This document shows, one piece after another, positions 54,057 through 64,000 of a stretch of DNA of 64,000 bases. The stretch comes from Octopus sinensis (Eukaryota): contig NC_043013.1 in NCBI RefSeq assembly GCF_006345805.1, positions 7,750,001 to 7,814,000 on the forward strand, in the 5' to 3' direction. Below the pieces are notes generated by a model. It ran no database searches. It saw nothing but the letters and a program-made list of their open reading frames with translations, and had not been told where the DNA came from. Position 1 is the first letter of the stretch. Each line of letters begins with the position of its first letter. The position numbers and the translations under genes were made by a program.

Positions 54057-56207
54057 GTAATTTTAAAAACCAGCTTCGCATTGCGATTTCAATATAACTT
54101 TTTTCTAACAACATGGAATAAATGTTGTGCTTTCTTCCTAACACCCGTATGAACTAAACCAGAAAAGAAAATAGATGTGTTTATTAAACCCTTAATAACT
54201 CTTAACATAAAATATTCCTGCTATTTACTAAAAAAGGTTTTGGGATAAAATCATTATTTTTCATTGCTTTATTTGTTTTTACTAAATATTTGAAGCCCGT
54301 TCTTGTAATCTCCCTGCAAATCTAATACTTCCATACGCTTGAAACTGGTTGTCTTATGTGTCTAAAGTAATGCTTACATTATCATATATACATATATCTC
54401 TATACTCTTTTACTTGTTTCAGTCATTTTGACTGTGGCCATGCTGGAGCACCGCCTTTAGTCAAGCAAATCGACCCCAGGACTGATTCTTTGTAAGCCTA
54501 GTACTTATTCTATCGGTCTCTTTTGCTGAATCGCTAAGTTTCAGGGACGTAAACACACCACCATCGGTTGTCAAACGATGTTGAGGGGACAAACACAGAC
54601 ACACAAACATACACACACATATATATATATACATATATACGACGGTCTTCTTTCAGTGTCCATCTACCAAATCCACTCACAAGGCTTTGGTCGGCCCGAG
54701 GCTATAGTAGAAAACACTTGCCCAAGGTGCCACGCAGTGGGACTGAACCTGGAACCATGTGGTTGGTAAGCAAGCTACTTACCACACAACCACTCCTACG
54801 CCTATATACATATATATAAAAAATGAAAGTTGGACAAGCAAAGCATTTGGCGTTACTTGAGGATATTTACTTTATAATAAAGAGTTCAAATAAAGTATTT
54901 ATCTACCATAACTGTTCTATGTTTTATTTCTACTTTATTTGTATTCGTTATTATGAAGTAAATATTCTCAAGTAAGGCCAAATGCTTTGCTTGTCCACCT
55001 TCCATTTTTTATCTAATTTCACCTGCTGAATCAGGTACCACTTCTAGTCTTTTGTACTTGAAGGTGGAGCTTTAATGGTAAACCAATCTGAGTGCTCAGT
55101 GTACATACCTATTAACATAGTGTTTATTGATGTATACTCCCTTTCCTTCTTTCCTGAGTGTCCAATAATACTATACGTGTTCCACGTCCTCGTGTTGTTG
55201 TGTTTTCTCTTTGCGTTTTCATGTTTGGATTAACTATATATATATTAAGGGCATTACTATACATAAATGCCTCACATTAAGAGGGACTCTTAAAGTCAAA
55301 ACTACCAGAATAAACACACTGTACCGAATGCAAGGGAATGCAACTCTCGAAGCAAGCCCTTTAAACAGATTCAGTTGCAGATCATATGATTTCATAATAA
55401 GTGCACAAAATGCACTTTTTAATCGTCAGTGCAAGCATAATCAAGACACATAACAATAAAAAAAATATCAACATACCAGACGAATACGACATGTATCCAG
55501 CATTGTACATAGAATTGTTCACACTTATATATCTATGGTAAGAGGCGGGCTTTTCGAATTGCATCTCGGTACATGTGTTTATTCAGAATAAAATTCAGCA
55601 CTGAATATATTCCGGTTAAATTTACAATTTAAAAATAGGATAAAATCTTTATAAGAATTTATCAAGTAGTTAGTGTGAAAAAAACCTGCAATTCAGTGAC
55701 TTAAACATGTAAAAGGATCAAAAGATGTGACTTATGTAGTTCCGCTTCTTCCTATGTTTCAAATAACTTACAACTAATCTTAAATGTCTACAGTATTAAA
55801 TTAATTTGAATTGCCACATGTGTTCTTAAATTAATTTCAAGATCACATGTTGCAAACAAGAGCATAATCATATTTACATGGTTTCAAGTATCTGAACTGA
55901 AAAATATCCTGTGAATCTAATTCTCTTAAAATTGTGTTTTTGATCCATGTACAAGAAATATTTCTCAGCTTTTCAATGAAATATTGAATAGCCATATTTT
56001 AAATTGTCATTTAATCCTACTTTAGGATTATATAGTCAAACAGAACTAAATCTCAAGACAACAGCTTGCTTTTACAACAGGTTTTTATGGTTATGCACCA
56101 AATAACATAATTTATTTTTCTTTCTTTTCAAGTTCCAAATAATTACTAAGTTTATATCATTGTTTAAATTCCTTTTCATAACAGTCTTTGAATTTATGCC
56201 ATTTGTT

Positions 56208-56434
56208 TAACCCTTTCATTACCAACCCGGTTGAAACCAGCTCTGGCTCTGAGTACAAAGGTCTTGTTTTCATAAGTTTTGAATTAAAATCTTCCACCAA
56301 ACCTTAGTCACAATTTATGTTCCTAACACTAGCTTAATGATAACTAAGTTATTTTACTAAATTCTTTGTCATATTTAAAGTAATTGAAAGAAACACAGAG
56401 CATCACAAAATAAATACAGTAACGAAAGGGTTAA
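56208..56434. mobile_element. piggyBac-type MITE (TTAA-CCCTTT...AAAGGG-TTAA)
   Basis: TTAA flanks and short TIRs; two subfamilies, copies at about 415-590, 6260-6486, 7432-7641, 26128-26690, 27253-27477, 40680-40905, 40930-41565, 48143-48377, 50350-50890, 63924-64000. Confidence 0.8.
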
Positions 56435-56695
56435 ACACCTTTTTATAACAATCTATGCCTCTTGGTTCACTTAACGTTAACCCAAACTTATTAATACTAT
56501 TTACTGCTATAATATTTAGTTGACTATCTGGCCATAGATTGGCAACAGAAGACCAACTATTAAACACAATTTACTCATTTTCTAAGAAAAAAAAAGAAAA
56601 AAATCTAATTTTCAGTTTATTTGTTTTATATGTTTTTAAAGTTTTTTTTTCTTCATATTAAGTGCTAATTTTTTCATTCCTCTCATTTTGGTCAG

Positions 56696-56789
56696 GCTGG
56701 ATTGCAGGCAAACAGCAAGAAACAAACAAGCAATGGTGATTTCCTAAATGACCCTTCACACAGAAGCAATTCTCCTCCAAAACCTCTGT
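56696..56789 (+). CDS. GULP1: CED-6/GULP1 exon (AGLQANSKKQTSNGDFLNDPSHRSNSPPKPL)
   Basis: Branch-like tgctaat, pyrimidine tract, gtcag acceptor, t|gtaagt donor; 94 nt, supplies the required phase 0 to 1 switch. Confidence 0.8.
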
Positions 56790-57686
56790 GTAAGTTGTGT
56801 TACGTTTTACAGCCTTTCTTTGATAAATAGATAATATTTCCATTTTAGTATGGATCTCTGTTAATACTCTAACTTTGGCTGTGTGGTTAAGAAACTTGCT
56901 TTGCAACCACATGGCTTTGGGTTCAGTCCCACTGCAGAGCACCTTGGGCAACTGTCTTCTACTAATGCTCCAGGCCTTGTGAGTGAATTTGGTTGAGGAA
57001 AATTGGGAAACCAATTGTGTGTGTGTGTTTATCTCTCCCCCACCCACTGCTTAACAACCGATGTTGATTCATTTACATTACTGTAAATTAATGGTTTGGC
57101 AAAAGGCACCAATAACATAGGTACCAGGGTGAAAACCTAAGTACCAGGGTTGATTTACTCAACTAGTCCTTCAAGGTGATTTCCCCCAGCTTTGCTGCAG
57201 TCCAGAGGCTAGACAGTAACCCTTTTACTCTTTGACAAGGTTAAAGTACACCTGAGGACTGTATGCAAGAAGCTCATCATAATTATCATCATCATCATCA
57301 ATATTATAATGCTGGTGCCACGTAAAAAAACACCTGTGCCTGTGTTATTTAGAAAGTACCGGTGCCAGTGTCATGTATAAAGCACCCATGCTGGTGTCGC
57401 ATAAAAATGTACCCAGTACTCCGTAAAGAGATTGGCATCAGGAAGGGCATCCAGCTGTAGAAACTTTGCCAAAACAGATAATTGGAGCCTGGTGCAGCTC
57501 TCCAGCTGGCAAGTTCATATCAAACTATCCAACCCATGCCAGCATGGAAAAATGGATGTTAAATTATGATGGTGATGATGATGATGATCGCTTCTCTGTA
57601 TTTATACGTAGCCTGACAGGATGGAGTTATACTTCTCTCTGTTCAAATCAGTTCAACCTTTAAATTAAGCTTTTCTGTTTTCCTAG

Positions 57687-57761
57687 TACAACCTCCTCCT
57701 CCCGGAAAGGCTCGATCCGCATCAACTCCAAATCCCAGACAAGTCACATCAACACCACCAG
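57687..57761 (+). CDS. GULP1: CED-6/GULP1 proline-rich exon (LQPPPPGKARSASTPNPRQVTSTPP)
   Basis: ttttcctag acceptor, cag|gtattg donor, 75 nt, phase 1-1. Confidence 0.82.
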
Positions 57762-57883
57762 GTATTGTATTTTTTTTATTTATTAATGGTGATTATGATA
57801 TACGAGCAAAACGCTGTAAACAGTTGGAATGTAACTGGGACTGGAACATTAGAATGATCACCCTACAGAATTAATTCTCATCC

Positions 57884-58213
57884 AGTTCTATATTTAAGAG
57901 AAGAGGAATTATGTACATTATTTACATTCGGTGGATATTTGTCTTCAATTTGTTTGTTGTTAACACAACATTTCGGCTGATATACCCTCCAACCTTCTTC
58001 AGGTGTCTTGGGGAAATTTCGAACCTGGGTTCTCATTCCTAAGATATATTTTTCGATGTTATAATAATAATAACATTGAAAATATATACCTTAGGAATGA
58101 GAACCCAGGTTCGAAATTTCCCCAAGACACCTGAAGAAGGTTGGAGGGTATATCAGCTGAAACATGTTAACAACCAACAAGATGAGGACAAATATCCGTT
58201 GAATGTAAATAAT
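57884..58213. mobile_element. Palindromic Penelope-like element remnant (inverted terminal-repeat structure)
   Basis: Arms of about 145 bp (57917-58061 vs 58069-58213); flanking direct repeat TAATTCTCATCC (57872-57883, 58210-58221); hammerhead motif in each arm. Confidence 0.7.
57962..58007 (-). ncRNA. Minimal type I hammerhead ribozyme motif (mirror copy on + strand at 58126-58168)
   Basis: Minus strand reads GACAC-CUGAAGA-A-GGUUGG(AGGGUAUA)UCAGCC-GAAA-U-GUU-GUGUU; stem I GACAC/GUGUU, 6-bp stem II, vestigial stem III. Confidence 0.6.
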
Positions 58214-59856
58214 TCTCATCCGTCCTTAACCTTTGATTAAACACCACCAGAGCATATAGTCATACTATTTAGCTTTCTTTAGTTTTGGGCTACAGTCCCA
58301 ATTAGCCCTCTCTGTAGGAGCTAGCTTAGAAGTTCACATGGAGTACCACTTTAAAGCTAGTTATTAATATTATTACTAAGGTGGCAAGCTAGCAGAATTG
58401 TTAGCACGCTGGGTGAAATGCTTAGCAATATTTCATCTATCCTTACATTCTGAATTCAAATTCTGCCAAGGTCGACTTCGTCTTTCATCCTTTCAATGAA
58501 ATAAGTAGTTACACACTGGGGTTGATGTAATCGACTAACCCCTGCCCCAAAATTTCAGACCTTGTGCTTATAGTAGAAAGGATTATTATTAAGGTGGTGA
58601 GTTGGCAGTATTTCATCCATCCATACATTCTGAGTTCAAATTCCACCGAGGTCAACTTTGGCTTTCATTCTTTTGGAGTTACTAAAATAAGTGACTGGGG
58701 TTGATGTAATCAGCTCTCTCTCTCTACTCCAAAATTGATGACCTTGGGCTAAAATATGAAACCATTATTATTATTATTAAGATGACAAGCTAGCAGAATC
58801 ATTGGCATGTTGAACAATGTGCTGAACAACATTCTGTCCATCGCTACGTTCTGAGTTCAAATGCCAGGAACGTCAGCTTTGCCTTTCATGTTTCTGGAGT
58901 TAATAAAATAATTAGCAGTCAAGTACTGAGGTTGATGTAATCAACTAGTCCTCTCTCTCAAATTTTCAGCCCTTATGCCTATACTACAATGGATTATTAT
59001 TAAGTGTGGGTTGATGCCAGTGCTGCCTGACTGGTGGTACGTAAAAAGCACCATCTGAACGTGGTCGAAGCCAGTGCCCTCCTACTAACTCCTGTTCCAG
59101 TGGCACATAAAAAGCACCATCTAAATCATGATCGATTCTAGTGCTGCCTGACTGGCTCCCATACTGGTGACATGTAAAAAGCACCCACTACACTCTCGAA
59201 GTGGTTGGCATTAGGAAGGGCATCCATGTGTAGAAACCTTGCCAGATCAGATTGGAGCCTGGTGCAGCCTACTGGCTTGCCAGTCCTCAGTCAAACCGTC
59301 CAACCCATGCCAGCATGGAAAGCGGACGTTAAACGACAATGATGGTGATGTAGTGAGCTGGCAGAATTGTTACAATGCCAGACAAAAAGCTTTAGCAATT
59401 TTTCTGACTTTATGTTGTGAGTTCAAATGTCACCAAGGTTAACTCTGCCTTTCATCCTTTTGGGGTCAATAAAAAAAAGTACCAGTTGAGCACTGGTGTT
59501 GATGTAACTGACTAGTCCCCTTTCCCAAAATTTCAGGCCTTGTAGCTATAACAGAGGTTCATTATTATTATTATGAAAATTACTGGATGTATACATGTGT
59601 GTTTGTGTCTGTTTGTCCCTCAACATCATGTTGGTATGTTTGCATCCCTGAAACTTGAGGGTTCAGCAAAAAGGGCCTATAGAATAAGAACTGTGTTTAG
59701 AAAATATGTACTGGGGTCATTTCATTCAGCTAAAAATTTGAGATGGTGCCCCAGCATGGCCACAGTCTAATGACTGAAACAAACAAAAGAGGAAACAATA
59801 AACCTGATTTATTTGTTTGTTTATTTATTTATTTGTTTATTTATTTCCTCTCCTAG

Positions 59857-60014
59857 TTGTTGTGAACCCTTTAATTGCGGACAGTGGTGCCAGTTCTAAC
59901 TCGGATCCATTTGGCATGGGAGACTTTAACCCTTTTTCCACCCTGAATACAAAATCCAACCAAGACATTGATATGGCCATCAATAATGCTGACAAAGAAT
60001 TGCTTGACCTCCAG
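59857..60014 (+). CDS. GULP1: CED-6/GULP1 exon (VVVNPLIADSGASSNSDPFGMGDFNPF...ELLDLQ)
   Basis: ctcctag acceptor, cag|gtaagt donor, 158 nt, phase 1-0; DPF and NPF endocytic motifs. Confidence 0.9.
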
Positions 60015-60559
60015 GTAAGTTTTATATATTTTTCTATATCACACGCACACACACATACATATATAGATATATATATATATAGTAGATCTACTTCTAGCAT
60101 TAGGGTTGTCCACATAGTGGTCATCCCTCTCATATGTATGTAATACAATTTACTGAACCTTCAGTTTTTTAATATGCTAGACCACTGGTGTTAAATTGAT
60201 GTTATCAAATTAATATCCAATTTTTCGCCCTAGAAGTTGTCATTCATGTAGGCTGGTTCTCAAACTGGTAAATGCCACTCCCTTTCCCTACCCGTCTGTT
60301 CACCGACCAAACATGCAAAAAAAAAAAAAGAATCCAAATTTTTGTTTATTTTCTGTCTGTCTTTATTAGTGAGAAGAATCTCTTCACCAGGATTTTGGAT
60401 AAATCCGAAACCCCACCACCTTATGAGAATTGCTGATCTAGATGATGATACTAAATTTTTTCTTTTCTTCAAATCCCCTCTTTTCTAAATTATAGCCATG
60501 TGTTTTGCTTCCTTATTAACCACACTGTTTTTAAAATTATGCTTAAAAAATTGAGACAA

Positions 60560-61356
60560 ATTACTGTCTGAGGAGTTAGGTGGCCAAATTTTTGGGGTGA
60601 TGTGGTTGCAGAAATTGTAGGCCTCCATGTTGAGTCTGAGGCCCTGTGGGAAGATGAATGGAGGCATAACATCGCCATCACTAGTGATTGCTCCAAACAC
60701 CATGATGTTGACTGAATGTTTGATTTTTATCATTCTCGGTACATATTTTGGGGACTCAGATTGACACCCAACACTCTGCAATGTTCATATTAGAGTTTCC
60801 GGCGCAAATGCCAAGCAGTACAGCTTGTTGTTTCCAAATTTCTGGCTGAGTGAATTGCGTCATGGTACTGTTTTTCTCCCAGACGGTGCTCAACTGACCC
60901 TACCATACTGTGTAGTCGACAAAATCAAAAACGCTGCTGGTGTATGTTGAATCGAATTGAACCAGCCAGGATCCCTGGTCTGGTAGTACGTAAAAAGCAC
61001 TATCCGACTCGTGGCCGATGCCAGCACCGCCTCGACTGGCTTCCGTGCCGGTGGCACATAAAATACACCAATCCGACCGTGGCCGTTGCCAGCCTCGCCT
61101 GGCACCTGTGCAGGTGGCACGTAAAAAGCACCCACTACACTCACGGAGTGGTTGGCGTTAGGAAGGGCATCCAGCTGTAGAAACATTGCCAGATCAGACT
61201 GGAGCCTGGTGCAGCCTTCTGGCTTCCCAGATCCCCGGTTGAACCATCCAACCCATGCTAGCATGGAGAACGGACATTAAACGATGATGATGAAACAATG
61301 CACATGCACGAAATTAAAAATATAGAATGGCAACAATTTACCCATCGCATCCTCTG
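60560..61356 (-). mobile_element. Degenerate Tc1/mariner-superfamily (maT/DD37D-like) fragment interrupted by a SINE
   Basis: ORF 60485-60781 contains IMVFGAITSDGDVMPPFIF and WPPNS, typical of this transposase group; SINE B inserted at about 60965-61293. Confidence 0.65.
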
Positions 61357-61678
61357 TGTGTGTGTGTGTGTGTAGATATATAGAGAGAGATTGAGATTCG
61401 GTTACTATTTCTAGTAAGCCGGCTAACTACATAGAGGCCTTCACATTGACGCTTGGATAGGCTTACCTTAAACACCACGACTACCAAAAGAAAAAATTTT
61501 TCAGGGAAGATAACTCATGCAACACATCAAGAAGTTTGGAGTGAAAACTTACAAATCCCTTTCAAAGCTTTTTTCTCATTTAATTACAGAAAACTTATTT
61601 ATTTGCTAGAAAGCCGACATTTCTAATTTAAACAAAATTATACTCTCGCATATTGATCTAGTCTCTGTATTGCCTTAT

Positions 61679-62064
61679 TAACCAAATTATCAACCATCGC
61701 ACAAACAATAACTCTGAGCACCTCTTCAAACTCCACCCATCTAACACCCGTGAACATATTTACAAAGTCAGAAAACAGCACAGCTCCCATGACTTCAGGA
61801 AACATTTTTTCACGCTGAGAGTTGCTGAAGCGTGGAACAAACTGCCGGCATCGGTTGTTAGTTGTCGGAGCACTGCATCCTTCAAAACTTCCATGCTTCC
61901 TGAGATTCGCCTACACTATACCTGATTTTCTCCCCTCCATACACACACAAGCATGTATCTGACTCATACACTGTTCACTTTCCAGACATTTGTACATTAC
62001 TGCATGTACTTTATATGCACTTTCTGACAAGTTGTGGTGCACCTGAGCACTGTATACAATAATT

Positions 62065-62093
<29 letters not shown>
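61679..62093 (+). mobile_element. 5'-truncated CR1/L2-clade LINE 3' end
   Basis: Translates to ...RKHFFTLRVAEAWNKLPASVV...SFK; (TTA)n tail; flanking 29-bp direct repeat. Confidence 0.85.
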
Positions 62094-62097
<4 letters not shown>

Positions 62098-62150
62098 TGA
62101 TCTAGTCTCTGTATTGCCTTATCCAATGTTTTCCTCTTCATCTGTTTCAG

Positions 62151-62231
62151 ACTGGATTCAGTCGAGGCTTGTGTTTCGGCGCCGAAGACTTCTCGCTTGA
62201 CGATCTGGACCCTCTCAATCAAAAGTCTTAA
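62151..62231 (+). CDS. GULP1: CED-6/GULP1 terminal coding exon (TGFSRGLCFGAEDFSLDDLDPLNQKS*)
   Basis: gtttcag acceptor, in-frame TAA at 62229-62231; GFSRGLxFG...LDPL tail resembles invertebrate CED-6 C-termini. Confidence 0.9.
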   Translation, partial: TGFSRGLCFGAEDFSLDDLDPLNQKS

Positions 62232-62485
62232 TGAAGTACTCTAAAATACATATTCAATGACCAAACAAAAAAAAAAAAAAATTGACAAAATAAAAAAAAA
62301 GAAACAAGAAACAAAACTAAGAAACGAAATAAAACCACACACAAACCCTGTAACATTTTTTTATAAAAAAAAAAAAAGAAAAAAGCCATGTCTTCTTTTC
62401 CGTTTATACTTTATTATTTCCTCTGAACTTCTTCAAGTTTCTAGACATGACAAGATATATTTCCTCTCATGATGCATTCAACTGA

Positions 62486-62521
<36 letters not shown>

Positions 62522-64000
62522 ACTTACATGTATATTAATTATGCAACCCAGAGAAATCTGTTTAGTCTGTACTGCTTATTAATCAAAATGATATCGTTTT
62601 GTTAAGCATGTTTCATTACATGATGATAAATCTTTTTCCAAGCATAACACCTTTTAATTCTAGCTATTTTATGCTGTTAATTCAATTAAATTTAGATACT
62701 ATATTTTATTTGGAAGAAAAACCAAAACATTACAAATGGCCAAAATTGCACTAAAGGAATTTATGTTCTAGTCCGAAATTCTAGCTATGATAAGGTATTT
62801 AATCTTTAATCTGCATAAATCTTTAGGGTTTAAAAGCCACCAATTGCGTGCCTTTGTTGTAAAATATATTGCTTTAACAATCGCAGGTAGAAGTGAAAAA
62901 CATTCCATAGATAATAGATACCTGTAAGACGCTTAGAGCTGTTTGTCTCAACACTTCAGGCTATCTACACGTTAGAAAGGTGTCGTGTCCAATATTGGTT
63001 CTTACCACAAACTGGTGGTTGGTTTCTTAAGATATGTTAAAGTGCTGCAGCTTTGAGATTCTTGTGCCAAAGCAAACATACTGATGCCGTATACCAAAGA
63101 CAGGGTAATATACACAAATATATATATAGACATATAGATTTTATTCTCTTTTAATCCACCATATATTCTCGTTCAGTGGCTTGATGTAGAAATTTCCAAG
63201 TTTGTGTCTTCTGTTACCAAGAAATTTCCAATACTGTTATCCTATTATTATCTTGTGATGTATTTTTTTCTGGGAGCTATTTTTGGCACTGGGTCTTTTT
63301 CATCAGTTTTGGAAATATTTGGGCAACAGGACATGAATGTGAGTATAAGATAAATGTGGTTGGTAGTAAAGACTTCTTGAATGAAGATTTTGTCTTAGAA
63401 GTTGCCATAGAAATATTTTATTTCTAAATATATGTCTGTCTGTCTTAAGCATTGAAGAATAAATTCTTTTGTTACCATAGTTCTGTTGAAATATATTGCC
63501 TATGTTTCGATTAGTTTTTAAAATAATGAAAAATTTAGTAAAATAACGCTGTCATTATTAAGCTGATGTTAAGAACATAAATTAAGATTAAACTTTAAAT
63601 TTTAGGGGAAGGTTTTAATTTAGATCACTTTAAAATAGGGAGTTTGTATCATAGAACAAGGAGCAATTTCAAAATGGTTAAGAGAATTATGACAGTAGAA
63701 CAGCATTGTTAGTGTAGTTCTGCTCTCAGACATGACTATATCAAAGTTGCATAGGTTTCTAGAGAAAACGGTACTTAAAAAAAGTGTTGACTGGTAAGTT
63801 TGCTTAGTTTTGATGTCGACCACTGAGCTTACATTATATAAGAGATATCAATGTTATATGACAGAGAATTTGAAAAATAGTATTTAGATCATTGAGAATT
63901 TAGTGTAAGATTGTTAAGAGTTTGTTAACCCTTTCGTTACTAAACCGGCTCTGGCTCTGAGAACAAATGTCTTGTTTTCATAAGTTTTGAATTAAAATCT

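Noticed and set aside
57687-57761. Phase-0 reading (YNLLLPERLD...) of this exon
   Set aside because: The downstream exon needs phase 1, and exon 56696-56789 supplies it, giving the proline-rich frame
62265-62335. PolyA site directly after the stop codon
   Set aside because: AATAAA hexamers lie within genomic A-rich tracts; the 3' end cannot be fixed without transcript data

Overview
AT-rich, repeat-dense eukaryotic genomic DNA. The SINE, microsatellite and MITE landscape strongly resembles an Octopus genome (inference). One protein-coding gene is reconstructable on the + strand: a CED-6/GULP1 PTB-domain engulfment adaptor. It has 11 coding exons between 16388 and 62231 with canonical GT-AG boundaries and consistent phases, encoding about 400 aa. 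The start-codon exon was not found. Nearly all other listed ORFs are artefacts of SINEs and microsatellites. The introns contain several tRNA-derived or RTE-tailed SINE families, non-autonomous Helitrons, piggyBac-type, hAT-type and Merlin-like MITEs, an internally deleted mariner, and RTE, CR1 and Tc1-type fragments, often nested. The least expected features are: (i) a full-consensus type I hammerhead ribozyme motif at 14408-14473, sense to the gene; (ii) a ~300-bp palindrome at 57884-58213 carrying a minimal hammerhead in each arm, typical of Penelope-like element inverted ends; (iii) a 7-copy, ~184-bp SINE-body tandem array whose junction recurs at other loci.
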